Assembly: GCA_043228905.1 (NCBI GenBank)
Contig: JBHGNT010000017.1
Location: 16,616,001 to 16,680,000 of the forward strand
Source: Azolla caroliniana
Lineage: Eukaryota > Plantae > Polypodiophyta
Reading direction: 5' to 3'
DNA length: 64,000 nucleotides
Shown: positions 21,849 to 33,518 of the stretch, one piece after another
Layout of the letters: every line of letters starts with the position of its first letter
Numbering within the stretch: the stretch's first letter is position 1
Translations under genes and position numbers: made by a program
Notes under the pieces: model-generated
Seen by the model: the letters and a program-made list of their open reading frames with translations, nothing else
Databases searched by the model: none
Told to the model about the DNA's origin: nothing

Positions 21849-24800
21849 CCGTAACATACTCCCCCTCTTTAAAACATTGCACTCTTGCAATGGAAAGTTA
21901 GGGAAGTTAGTTCTAAGAGTATTTTCGCGTTCCCATGTGGCATCTTTTATTGATTTATCCATCCATTTTATTTTAAATTCTCGGATTTCTTTAGTACGTA
22001 ATTTTTTTGTTTTAACATCGAGAATTTTTTCTGGTACATGTGGTTTAGAAGATAATTCTTCAGAAGTAACCAGAGTTTCAGTCGTAACTGTATTGTCGCC
22101 AGAACCTAGAAGTTCTTTTAGACGACTCACATGAAAGACTGGATGAATTCCGACACCATCGGGAAGAGCGAGACGATAGGCTGATGACCCAATTCGTTTG
22201 AGGACTGTAAAAGGTCCACAAAACCGTGGGGCTAACTTAGCGCACTTACCCGTAGACAATGTCTTAGAATTGTGAGGTACACGTAAAAATACCTTCTGTC
22301 CAGGGTTGAATACACGAGGTTGCCTATGATGATCGGCATAAAAACGCGCTCTATCTTGAGCTGTTTTTATATTATCTCGTGCAATATGCAACATATCTTG
22401 CATATCCCGAAGAAAGTTTTGCGTACTTCGCAACTCATCATGATGTATATTAACATCAATCGGGGCTCGTGGCTGAAAACCATACATCAACATAAAAGGA
22501 CTATATCCCGTCAACGTATGCTTGGAGCTGTTATAAGCAAACTCCAAAATTGGGAGATAACGTTCCCATTTTGTTGGTTTTGCACCAACGTATGCTCGAA
22601 GCATGTCCTCAATAATTTGATTTACTCGTTCTGTCTGTCCATCGGATTGAGGATGATCCGTGGAGCTCATGCTCAACGTAGTTTCTAACTTCTTAAAGAC
22701 TTGTGTCCAGAAGTCACTAGTAAACTTTGGATCTCGATCACTCACGATATCCATCGGTAACCCATAAAAATGAAACAATTCGTCAACGAATTGGTAAGCC
22801 AATTCAGGAGCTGTTACCGTGGTTTTAGTAGCAATAAATCTGGCCATTTTAGTTAGTCGATCAACGACAACCCAGATGGCATCATGACCTTTTTGGGTGC
22901 GAGGAAGGCTAACAATAAAATCCATGGATATACTTTCCCACTTATTATTGGGAATGTCCAAGGGATGTAAAAGTCTTGCGGCTTTAAGTCGCTCGGCTTT
23001 GTTAACCTGACACTGGTGACATTTAGTCACATAGCTATGTATGTCAGGACGCATCTTAGGCCAATAAAATTGAGTGGAGATGAGAACGAGTGTACGATGT
23101 ATTCCAGGGTGCCCTGCTGAGGGTGCATCATGGCATTCAAAAAGAATCCTCTTTTTTACCTCGGGTAAATCTGGAACACAAACCTTCCCATTACGGTAGA
23201 GCAAACCGTTAGCAATGTGGAAGTATTCCTTCGAGGATGTGGTGGTGTCTGTTCCAGACTCAACTCTTGCCCAGTATTTTGCGAAATAACTGTCATCAGG
23301 ATACTTTCCTCGAAGGTGATCATAAAGATCTGATGATATTTCAGTGAAGCTAAGCGTGTTAACTTCACGGATGCGACTTAGTGCATCAGCGACAATGTTC
23401 ATGGAACCTTTACGATATCGTATGGAAAAATCAAAGTCCTGGATGAGATCAGCCCATCGTGCCTTACGACCTTTCAGGTCTTGTTGGTCACAAAAATATT
23501 TCAAGGCCTCGTGGTTCGTAGTTACCACAAAGTGATTTCCATAAAGATAATGGCGCCATGTTTTGAGCGCATGTATAACTGCAAATAATTCCTTTTCTTG
23601 AACAGTATACCGACATTGAGCAGAATCAAGTTTCTTACTCTCGAATGCTATTGGTTTACCATCTTGATATAAGACAGCACCTATAGCATAATCGCTTGCA
23701 TCGGTTTCAACCTCAAAAGGTTTTGAAGGATCGGGTAAAAGAAGTGAAGGAGCCTTGCAAACCAGGTCCTTGAGTTCCTTAAAGGCAAGGTCTAGTGTAG
23801 CATTCCACACAATAGGTTTTGTAGACTTACGCGTTTGACCTTTTAAAAGATCAGTAAACGGCGTCGTCAATTGGGAGTAATTACGAAGAGACTTTCGCAA
23901 AAACCCCACAAAACCAAGGAATGATCGAACTTCTCGAATATTCCGAAGAGTGGGCCAAAGCTTGATTTTCTCAATGCGAGAAGGATCAATTTCAACTCCT
24001 CGTTCGGTTATGAGATGTCCTAGATAAGTAATTGATTTCTTGAAGAACTCACATTTTGAGATCTTCGCATAAAACTGTTTGTCACACAATGTTTGTAAAA
24101 CAAAGCGGACATGTCTAGCATGTTCTTGTAATGTACGGCTATAAACTAAAATATCATCCAAGAAAATAACGACAAATTTTCCAAGTTGTTCTCGGAAAAT
24201 GTCATTCATTTCTTGTTGAAAAGTAGTCGGAGCATTGGTCAAACCAAAAGGCATAACCAAAAACTCGTAATGGCCATAGCGCGTACGAAATGCCGTTTTA
24301 GGAACATCGTCCTCACTTATTCGTATTTGATGGTAGCCAGTACGGAGATCAAGTTTCGTAAAATACCGAGCTCCTTGGAGACGGTCAATTAGATCGTCAG
24401 CCCGAGGCAATGGGTACGAATTCTTGATCGTCACTTTATTCAAGCGTCGGTAATTAATACACATATGCCATGTGCCCTCTTTCTTTTTAACCAAGAGAAC
24501 TGGTGCACCCCATGGAGATTTACTATAACGTATATAACCCATTCGTAAATAGTCCTTGAGTTGCTTAGATACCTCATCTTCTTCGGATCGACTTAAGCGA
24601 TACGGAGGTATACTTATTGGTGCAACACCAGGTACAATATCTATACGATGGTCTATATTACGTTTAGGAGGTAACCCATCAGGTAGTTCACTTGGAAAAA
24701 CATCATGAAAATCATTTAAGATTTCATCAAGTTGTTGTTGTTCAAAATATGTTAATTGAATCGGGACATCATCGATATTGTAAACGTGAATGTCCGGATC

Positions 24801-26276
24801 AAGTACACAATAAAATAACGTAGAACAAGACAACTCGGATATTGATGGACACGAGGAAACAATCGAGAGGGATTGTTTTTTTACACATTGAATAAAATGC
24901 GTACAATCGTTCAGTATAAAAGAAATGGAATGACGAACCCAATCAATAAATAAAGAAGAGCTTTTATTATAAAACCAGGGATAACCTAGTATTACATCAG
25001 TGGTACAAAGATTCATTACATGGAAGTCTACTTCCTCTATGTAAGTATCAATAGAAATTCCTAATGAATGAATCGCCCCGTTGATGTATTGTACTCTTCC
25101 ATCAGCCAAGTGCACCGTGTAGGTGTGATCACTTACGGTGGGTTGGATTCCCCATATCTGAACCAAACGATCATTCACAAAATTGTGTGAGCTTCCCGAA
25201 TCAAATAAAAATTGTACGGGAGATCCATTGATATACCCGTTTGCACGTAGTAAATCATTGGGACCCAATACATAGTGAGGGAAAGAACATTGACAATTAC
25301 TTAAATGATGTGTATAGACCTGAAGGACATTAGGAATCTGACCTTTATGGTCTGCAGCTTTAGCTTTGTTGTCGTGCTCTTTCCGTTGGAGCTTTCGACA
25401 TTGATCTTTTGTATGACCCTTCTTTTTGCAGAATACACAAAAAGGATGTTGTCGCTTACAATCGCGATCCAGGAATTCGTTGGGTGTCTTGCGTTTCCCA
25501 ACAAATTGCGACTGCTTAGTCCCAGGCGCTTCGTTGGGTTTGTTATGGTCCTTCTTCGAAGTGCGTTGATAGCGAAGAACTATTTCAACGGCCTCTTCGA
25601 AGGATTTTGGATCCTTATCGTGCATTATCCAGTGATAGTCCGAATTGGGGATGCCATTGACAAAACAAGCTATCAACCAATTGTCCCCTTCTAGACCCGA
25701 TTTTTGGATTTGGGTTCTAGCATGGTGAACATAGTCTTCTAGCGAGGAAAATTTCCTGCTAGAGAGGTTCATTAAAGCTTGTGCTGCCTCGGTTCGAGAG
25801 GGAGGTTGTAGAAATTGGCCCTTAAAAACCGTGACAAAATCTGTCCAGGTATCGGGCAATTTCCCCATAGTACGAAGGCCACGCCACCAGGCGGCGGCCT
25901 TACCCCCGAGTTCTCGGCCGACATATGCAATCTTCGTACTATCTGGCGTGGGATAGAGCTCAAAATGAGACTCCCATCGTCCCAGCCATGTGCAGATTGC
26001 TTCTTCGGTTCTTTCCTTTTTGTCTCCCGTAAATGGCTTAACGACAAATGATGGTTCACCTTGTCGCTCATCACGTCTATTAGTCTCACGTTGTAGACTA
26101 ATGACACGTGCCTCAAGAGCACTCTGAGATTGCCGAAGTTCGGTCATCTGTTGAGCGGTGAAACTAAGGTATTGGGTTATTTGTGCCAAATACATCTCAG
26201 TGGACATTTGTCCAGGAGGATTCCCTTGAGTTCCTTCCGCTTGAGCAGATGACATCGGGTCGTTAATTTGAGCCAT
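21783..26276 (-). CDS. gag-pol: Intact Gag-Pol polyprotein (Gag, CCHC knuckle, aspartic protease, RT, RNase H, integrase, chromodomain)
   Basis: 1497-aa ORF with [57 protein letters not shown], integrase HHCC and [14 protein letters not shown], and a C-terminal chromodomain PEKILD...FKIKW....DATWE. Confidence 0.95.
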   Translation of the reverse strand: MAQINDPMSSAQAEGTQGNPPGQMSTEMYLAQITQYLSFTAQQMTELRQSQSALEARVISLQRETNRRDERQGEPSFVVKPFTGDKKERTEEAICTWLGRWESHFELYPTPDSTKIAYVGRELGGKAAAWWRGLRTMGKLPDTWTDFVTVFKGQFLQPPSRTEAAQALMNLSSRKFSSLEDYVHHARTQIQKSGLEGDNWLIACFVNGIPNSDYHWIMHDKDPKSFEEAVEIVLRYQRTSKKDHNKPNEAPGTKQSQFVGKRKTPNEFLDRDCKRQHPFCVFCKKKGHTKDQCRKLQRKEHDNKAKAADHKGQIPNVLQVYTHHLSNCQCSFPHYVLGPNDLLRANGYINGSPVQFLFDSGSSHNFVNDRLVQIWGIQPTVSDHTYTVHLADGRVQYINGAIHSLGISIDTYIEEVDFHVMNLCTTDVILGYPWFYNKSSSLFIDWVRHSISFILNDCTHFIQCVKKQSLSIVSSCPSISELSCSTLFYCVLDPDIHVYNIDDVPIQLTYFEQQQLDEILNDFHDVFPSELPDGLPPKRNIDHRIDIVPGVAPISIPPYRLSRSEEDEVSKQLKDYLRMGYIRYSKSPWGAPVLLVKKKEGTWHMCINYRRLNKVTIKNSYPLPRADDLIDRLQGARYFTKLDLRTGYHQIRISEDDVPKTAFRTRYGHYEFLVMPFGLTNAPTTFQQEMNDIFREQLGKFVVIFLDDILVYSRTLQEHARHVRFVLQTLCDKQFYAKISKCEFFKKSITYLGHLITERGVEIDPSRIEKIKLWPTLRNIREVRSFLGFVGFLRKSLRNYSQLTTPFTDLLKGQTRKSTKPIVWNATLDLAFKELKDLVCKAPSLLLPDPSKPFEVETDASDYAIGAVLYQDGKPIAFESKKLDSAQCRYTVQEKELFAVIHALKTWRHYLYGNHFVVTTNHEALKYFCDQQDLKGRKARWADLIQDFDFSIRYRKGSMNIVADALSRIREVNTLSFTEISSDLYDHLRGKYPDDSYFAKYWARVESGTDTTTSSKEYFHIANGLLYRNGKVCVPDLPEVKKRILFECHDAPSAGHPGIHRTLVLISTQFYWPKMRPDIHSYVTKCHQCQVNKAERLKAARLLHPLDIPNNKWESISMDFIVSLPRTQKGHDAIWVVVDRLTKMARFIATKTTVTAPELAYQFVDELFHFYGLPMDIVSDRDPKFTSDFWTQVFKKLETTLSMSSTDHPQSDGQTERVNQIIEDMLRAYVGAKPTKWERYLPILEFAYNSSKHTLTGYSPFMLMYGFQPRAPIDVNIHHDELRSTQNFLRDMQDMLHIARDNIKTAQDRARFYADHHRQPRVFNPGQKVFLRVPHNSKTLSTGKCAKLAPRFCGPFTVLKRIGSSAYRLALPDGVGIHPVFHVSRLKELLGSGDNTVTTETLVTSEELSSKPHVPEKILDVKTKKLRTKEIREFKIKWMDKSIKDATWERENTLRTNFPNFPLQECNVLKRGSMLRCRAFRLRIVCVSRVGTTGVLD

Positions 26277-27458
26277 TAAAAATTATTTCTGGAAAAGAAA
26301 TAGGATAAGGTCAGAGATATAGTCATAACATCATGTCGTGATGTAAACATATCATGGGCGAGCATTAATCGATATCATTATCTCACGTCAATACCCCTCT
26401 AGACGTATGAGATGAGGTTCAAGATCAGGTTACTATGGTAACACAAAGGTGTTTTAAAAACCATGGGGGTGACAAATAAATGTCTTTCCCTGATCTCTAT
26501 ATCGATTTTTTCATGGTGGCTCCCCGAGGCTCAACCATGTATGTTCGCGTCATGAATAGTTTATACACGAAAAAAAATGTTAACAATAAACTATATTTCG
26601 GTGCCCACATATGTGGTTTCGGCTCTTTAAGTCCTATTACGAGGACCCCGAGGTGCACTTAGACCTTAAGTCTAAACATGTGTTATAGTCATATGTATCA
26701 AGGATGTTGTATGGTCTTGGTCATATTTGAACTCGAGACCTCGAGAACAAATACATTAAACACTTGAGCCAACCAAGTAAGTTGCTCTTCTCGAATGCTT
26801 AATGTTTGATGCGTATAAGAGATATGCGAGGCAATTGATCATATATGTTTTTTTTAAAAGAACATATATGTCAAGGGTCCTTATTTCGCCCTCATTTACC
26901 AAAACTATGTTGGTACGTTACCTAACCTCAAGTCTCGTAATTACGATGGCATATGCCAAAGTGCAACCTAATGGTCAAGCCAAATGAGCCCTCGTTTCGT
27001 AGTAGGCTCACGTGGGCCATCACATGGTCACGTCATTACGAATGCCTCTCGTAAGAACGAGCTCATGGTGGCATCGTATCCATGTAACGAGGGAGGGATG
27101 TTGGATACGTGCGTCATTGGAGCGACCTCACTTGAAGTGGGTCAAGCCCTACGTACTCAACATCATTTTGGCTATTGGCGTTTCTTTACGTAACGAAATC
27201 GAGGTCGTCAACGGGGTTATCAACAATAAAAAAATGTTGAAAAAGGGATGGTGACAACGCCATTCTCACAAAAATGTGAGGACGGCCTCCAACATCCTTT
27301 TCCCGACCATGACAACTTTCGATATAATCACGTAATAACGAATATACACATATGTTTACTTATCACATATATACGATCAAATACGTATATATGTGACCAC
27401 ATATGCCTATATTAAACATATCGTTATAGTAAATAGCCACAAATGATGTGATCGAGAT

Positions 27459-27720
27459 ACGTAATCGAGGTATATACCTCTCCGCACACGAAACATCCAC
27501 AAATAAGAGATCATCGTAATACGCAATGGAGGTATTGACCTCTTACGCATACGAGACCAAACGCATATCGTTTACAACAAATTAAGGTATTAAACTCATA
27601 CGCAAACGTAACATATGTTCGTGAACGTAATACGTAATTGAGGTATTAACCTCGTACGCATACGACACTCATCACATATTATTAATATGTCAAACAAGGT
27701 ATTGACCTCGTGCACATATG
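27459..27720. repeat. Five spaced copies of a GAGGT-N4-ACCTC hairpin motif in the chromovirus leader
   Basis: Copies near 27468, 27529, 27584, 27640 and 27696, about 55-60 bp apart, with diverged spacers. Confidence 0.7.
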
Positions 27721-28529
27721 TAAACGTTTTAGATAATCAATTAAAGACCACTACAACATCATTGACTTAATGAAAAAAATTACATATAAACTAAACACAT
27801 GATTAGATGGGAGAAGAGAGAATAGAAAGAAAAATTATGGAAAGAGTTACCGAAGTTCTTTGTTGATCGTTGTCTAGATCAAGGCCAACCGCACAACGAT
27901 CGATCAGCATCAATCAAAAGACAAATGAAAAACAAAGAAACATTAGTACAAAAATCTGATACCAAATATTATAGATCTAGGTACTAAAGTAAGCTTAAGA
28001 TAAGGATAAAGAAATGAAAGATAGAAAGGAGAAAGAGAAAGAAGGGTGCCGATCCACCCGACCACCCCCGAGCGAAGGGATTGAGACGGACTCGAGCCTC
28101 GATCGGCGTCCCATACCACTGCCGTGGCGTCGAGTCGTACCTGGTGCTGGCGCGCTCGCTACAAAAGTTGACCCACCACACAAGCAAAGTCTCGATGTAG
28201 TTCAAAAGATGATCAAATGAGGGTAGCTAGGCCTCTTATTTATAGCGATACCCAAGGCCCCCAGGCAAGTTCACACTTGACCTAATGGGTTGTCTCAATC
28301 CCGAGGATTAAAAGTAATCCTCCACTTCTTTACACTCTCGTTTAACCCTCACACTTATCCACGTGTATAGAATACTACGGTAAATTCTTACCACGGGATA
28401 TTATATGGTCATGCCCGTAACAAAACCTCACCAACTATGTATTTTATGTCACTGTGTCATGACATTATCCTCCCCTTTATGACCGCCTTTTCGAAATCAT
28501 GGTGTAGGGGTGAGCGGGAAGTGGAGCAC

Positions 28530-29225
28530 CGACGGGCGTGAGAAACCATGTGTGGTCTTCACTGGAGACTGGAACACCAATGGGCGTGAGCGACCATGTG
28601 GTTCTCACTAGGAACTGGAACACGAATTTGAGTGAGCGACCAAGCGGTCCTCACCGAGATCTGGAACATGAACGGGGATGAGTGACCATGTATGGCCCTC
28701 ACCGGGAATTGGAACCTGAGCGACCATGTGCAGTCCTCGCAGGGAACTGGAACAACAACGGGCGAAGGAGTGCAGGTGAAGCAGTCGACTGGACTTCTTT
28801 TATCATGATAGGGTAAATAGTTGAGGTTGACCCAAAACACAACACAAACGGTAGCGCTAGCGAGAAACCGACGCGATCCCCACTAGGAAAGTGAGCGGTT
28901 GTGACCCCCACCGGAACTAGAAGGTGAGCGATCAAAATTTATCCTTGTCAAAGAAAGTGGAGCGAAATGTAGACCAAAATGAAAATGGTGTGCAAGTGAG
29001 CAATGATTTGATCCTCACCAAGAAAGTGAGAAGTTGTAACACCCACCGAAACTAGGAAGGTGAACGATCAAAAATGATCCTCACCAAAGGAAAGTGGACT
29101 GAAACTTGAACCAAAATTAAAATGGAGTGCAAACGGGCAATGATTGGATCCCCACCAAGAAAGTGAGCAGTTGTAACCCCCACATGAATTGTGAAGGTGA
29201 GCGGTCGCAAATCGATCCTCGCCAA
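28530..29225. repeat. Degenerate ~40-50 bp tandem repeats in the internal region of the small LTR element
   Basis: Recurring GAGCGACCATG..G.CCTCACCGGGAACTGGAAC, grading into AAGTGAGC...ATCCTCACCAAGAAAGTG units. Confidence 0.75.
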
Positions 29226-30063
29226 AATCGTGATGCAAAATGATAGCTATAGATGATGACAATGACGATGAAGAGGACGAAACAATGATGATAATGAAAG
29301 ACAATGCAAAGTAGTGTTGATGACAATGAAGGTTGGGCGACGTAGCGTTGATGAAGACAACAAGAGGTGCTGAAAAATGATGATGTCGAAGACGAGGTAG
29401 TGAAGACAATGATGATGAGGAAGCGTCTCTAGAACAAACAACTATGACTATAGTAATTATGGCGTCTCTAAAACCAAGGATGTTGATGACGGTAACTTTG
29501 GAAGCAACGATAGTGATGATAATAACTCTAGAAGCAAGGGTGGTGATAAAGACGGGTGATGCTTCCAGTTGGAAGGGATTCAAACTGTCACAGACACACA
29601 AATCATGGACTACAACGGAGCATGGATGACAAGGCTACGACCAATAAGTGGAACCGGAAGTGACGAGGCTAGGAACTCTAGAAGCTGTGAGCAACAAAAC
29701 TATGAACATAGGAAGCTAAGGTTAACTAGAGAGCGTGAAGACAAATATTAAGATCAAAGAGACAATATTGCATGAAATGAGAATACTAGATTGATGTGTC
29801 AATGACTAGTGTTGAATCCCTTTAAAGGGACCAAGGAGGTTACAAGTATTTATATTGTGAGCTAAAGTACATGCATTAGAAGAGAGAATATTCTAGAACC
29901 CTCTAGAACCCTCTAGTTCTAGAACTTTCTAGAGAGTATTTCTAGATCAAGTACATTTACATGCTCATATCAAAATGGTTGAGCATGATATCTGGTTTAC
30001 GTGAAGTGGTAGGTTCAATCCTCACCAACTATGTATTTTATGTCACTATATCGTGACAATTTT

Positions 30064-31795
30064 AATCATTCCATTTATATTTTTCGTCAGGATAAGTTTT
30101 TTGGGGGTATCATGAAGGCATGGTGGGATTTGAAACATAACTTGGTCCAATCATTACCATCATGTACAAAGGAATGGTTGCTCCAACCCCTCATAATGAA
30201 CCCACTATTTCTATCAAAGGTGGGGTAATGTAATGGAAGAGAACTAGGTTGAAGTGGGTTGATTTTGATAGAGGAGAAGTTGGGTCAATAAAGAATTGGC
30301 TAACTTTTTCTTCTTCGGCGATGGAAAACAAAACTCGGGTTTGTAGAACAATTTGGGGAGGGAACATTATGTATGCAGAAATGGATAGAGTGCTTACAAT
30401 GTCTTCCTTTCAGACTTCTCATATTAGTCTATTTTGGTATGGTATGTTTTCATCCCAACATGTCTTGTTGGGGGTCAAGGGTTATAAAAACTCTCATGAA
30501 TGTCTTTATTTCGATGTTTTGCCTTCTGGAAGGCTTCATTCTCTCTTTATGGAAGAAGAAGTTGTAAGTCAAGGGAGTATGTTGCCATTCGTATATTGTG
30601 GAAAAATGATAAAACATGGATGTTGAATCCACATCCAAATGATTTCAATAGTTTATCTAAATTGTGGTTCTATGAGTATAAGCCCATTGATCACCTTTTG
30701 TGGGATCCCGGTAAGTGGAAATGGCAAATCATATTAGCGCAAGGAATGCTAGGTAAGCAATTCCCATTTTTACCAAGTATTGAAAAAATGGGATTTGCTT
30801 ACCTAACATTCTTTGCAGTAAAAATGGGTAGAGAATTGCTAAGGAAGGGTGTTGATCACCTTTTGTGGGATCCCGGTAAGTGGAAATGGCAAAACATATC
30901 AACACACGGAATGTTAGGTAAGAAAATCCCATTTTTACCGAGTACTGAAAAAATGGGATTTTCTTACCTAGCATTCCTTGCGATAAAAATGGGTAGAGAA
31001 TTGCTAAGGAGTGGTGTGGCTATTACGCCATTGTACAAGACTCTTGGTTGGATGCTTATTGGAAATGGCTATGGGCCATGCAAATTCCTAAAAAAGTTGT
31101 ATTGTTTAGATGGTTGTTCGTACATTATGGCATTCCTGTGAAGTCATGGATATGGGGGCATTGCCATGATTTTAAATGTGATAGTTGTGGTTTTCCCATT
31201 GAATCAGTTTATCATGTTTTATGGGTATGTCCTATTGCTATAGCAGTTTGGAAAAGGATGTTGAGAAATTTGTATCCTGTTTATGGTAAACAAGTGTACA
31301 CATGGGGTTTTGTGAGATGGGGAAGGTTGGCGGAAGAAATACAGAATTATGAAAAAGAGTATGTTGATTGTCTACTCCTCTCCGATGGAAGACATGTATT
31401 GGAGGTCTCTTATCCCCCAACAATCTGTTGTTTGGAAGAGGACAAGGTCTGGTCTACGTTATCTTCTTTAGTAGTTTGAGTATTGTAGAAGGCAAGATGT
31501 AAATGTGTATTTCAAAAAGTCGAACAAAATGTTGTTGAGTTAGTCAAGGACATATGGTTGATGCTCCTACATACTCTAAGAGGTCGATATGAGGCAATAA
31601 TTGGTGAGCCTGAGGATGTGGTTCGTAAGCAACAACATTTCGAGAAATTTGGAAAAAGGCAAAGGTCTTCACCTCTTTTGGGGAGAGAATAAAGTGGAGA
31701 TATGCTCCACCAAGATGACTTTTTCCACCCCCCGTCTTGGAAGGACCATGCATGAGGGCATTTGCTACTCGACATGTTGGTTGATGTGGGTATGA
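30064..31795 (+). mobile_element. L1-clade LINE ORF2 remnant, 3' half with zf-RVT
   Basis: Continues the LINE after the ATTTT TSD. It contains WKWLWAMQIPKKVVLFRW...CDSCG..ESVYHVLWVC, then L*KARCKCVF. Confidence 0.85.
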
Positions 31796-31840
31796 GGGTT
31801 ATATTTTACTGTATGAATTCTTTATAGCCTTTAAGCATCT

Positions 31841-32337
31841 TTCCATTAATACCAAGGTGAATCTTTATTCAAAAAAACATTATGACTCTAAAAATGTGAA
31901 AAAGATTATTTTCTTCCCAAATCTTTGTAATGCATCCATGCATCTCATCTCAATATAATCCACATTTTTATTATTGAAAAAGAAATGAGAGATAATAGTG
32001 ATTTTCTTTTCGACATTCTAAAACGTTAGGTTGAAAATAGTATTGATGGTAAGTGCTTGCAATATAGTGATTCAAGAAGACAATGCATTCCATTAATACC
32101 AAGGTGAATCTTTATTCAAAAAAACATTATGACTCTAAAAATGTGAAAAAGATTATTTTCTTCCCAAATCTTTGTAATGCATCCATGCATCTCATCTCAA
32201 TATAATCCACATTTTTATTATTGAAAAAGAAATGAGAGATAATAGTGATTTTCTTTTCGACATTCTAAAACGTTAGGTTGAAAATAGTATTGATGGTAAG
32301 TGCTTGCAATATAGTGATTCAAGAAGACAATGCATTC
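31841..32337. repeat. Tandem direct duplication, period 247 bp
   Basis: 31841-32087 is repeated at 32088-32334 with no difference seen. TTC microhomology at the junction. Confidence 0.92.
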
Positions 32338-32769
32338 TTTTCACAAATTAATTAGCATTGAGAAACAATGTGAAGTCATAATGGCTTCCATTTGGGCGAG
32401 ATAGGGGAATCTTGTAATATTTATATCGTAAACCATATGGTACACATGTTTGGATGCTATAGGAAAACAATGTATTCTTTCCAATTGTCAATGTCAATGG
32501 CATTCCAATTTCCCATTATGACTTGTATCAATTCATCAACGACATGTATGATGATGAAAAAATTCCTCCCTACTTGTGTTAATGATTGGTCATGATAGCA
32601 TCTTATATTACACCCCTTTATCCAAAGGAAGACCTATCACAATTCAACAACATAATATATTTTGTTGTGATCTTGAAATTGTATGGTGCAAGTGTCTTGG
32701 GTGGGACCACTAGATATTTGGGTCAAGTGCTTCTAAGGGGTGCACAAAGAGTCATATAATTCATAGGCA

Positions 32770-33060
32770 ATGTATTTATGTATTTATGTATTTATGTATG
32801 TGTGTGTGGATGTGGTTTTAGAACTACATAGTGCAAACGGATAAAGTATAATCCAATTTAACTAAGTAAAATCCCGAATATGCGTGAACAAGAAACTATT
32901 AATCCTAAGATCAAGAGACTATAACCGCAATTATATGTATGTATGTATGTTGTTTTAGAACTATTAATAGATAAAGTATAATCCAATGTAACTAAGTAAA
33001 ATCCCAAATAAGAGTGAACAAGAAAGAAAGTAATAATCCTAGGCTATAACCGCAATTATA
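32770..33060. repeat. Imperfect ~125-bp tandem duplication
   Basis: TTTTAGAACTA...TAAAGTATAATCCAAT..AACTAAGTAAAATCCC...CTATAACCGCAATTATA occurs twice. Confidence 0.75.
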
Positions 33061-33452
33061 AAACTCGTGATCCATAGTTTACAAAGACATATAGGGTGGT
33101 TAGAAGACAAATAAGTATGTACTATGGACCATCATAATTCCCTACTAATATCACTTAGGATTAGGCCCTTACTAGTTATTTATCAACTTCTCACCCTTTT
33201 GCCACATATTCCTTATATTCCCTTGTTTCTTCTTCCTTGTAATAATTATGGACACAACCAATCGTGTGGTTTCGAAGACTTCTCTTCTTCTAATAGTCCG
33301 CTCAATCTTGTTTTTTTATAAAATATATCCTTTCATTAGTGTAAATAGTTTACAAGATTTCAAACTAGTTCGCTCAATCGTGGTCCTCATACACTATGGT
33401 TTTTCTTCCTCTTTTGATAAAGGTATGATGGTTTCCTACATCCCATTTTTTT

Positions 33453-33518
33453 CCCGTGTAGAATTCAAACCTATGACCCTCATGTTATTAGTAAGATGTT
33501 AATTAACTGAGTTGGCAC
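33453..33518 (-). pseudogene. tRNA-Ile(AAT)-derived pseudogene or SINE-like relic
   Basis: The minus strand reads ACTCAGTTAATT...CTAATAACATGAGGGTCATAGGTTTGAATTCTACACGGG, matching the tRNA-Ile layout with transition decay. Confidence 0.5.

Larger units (their letters stand above)
15169..28422 (-). mobile_element. Full-length Ty3/gypsy chromovirus (456-bp LTRs, TSD AAACC) carrying a nested insertion in its 3' LTR
   Basis: 5' LTR 27967-28422; 3' LTR 15169-15620 plus 21853-21856. TSD AAACC at 15164-15168 and 28423-28427. PBS TGGTATCAGA (tRNA-iMet type) at about 27955-27964. PPT GAGGGGGAGTA at 21857-21867. About 8 LTR differences by eye. Confidence 0.95.
14740..30058 (-). mobile_element. Small non-autonomous LTR element (TRIM/LARD-like, about 2.1 kb once nested inserts are removed)
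   Basis: The LTRs are 29586-30058 and 14740-15168 joined to 28428-28464, both TGTCA...TGACA. TSD ATTTT is at 14735-14739 and 30059-30063. The minus-strand PPT AAAGGGGAGGATAA is at 28465-28478. The internal 1.1 kb is repeats and low-complexity sequence with no pol. Confidence 0.82.

Noticed and set aside
27459-27720. CRISPR-like repeat-spacer appearance (also the GTGGGATTCAC arrays in the LTRs)
   Set aside because: The context is a eukaryotic retrotransposon, the repeats are short and degenerate, the spacers are partly related to each other, and there are no cas genes.
29068-29601. 177-aa hydrophobic ORF in the small LTR element
   Set aside because: It derives from low-complexity ATG/ACA-type repeats, starts inside the LTR, and shows no domain signal.
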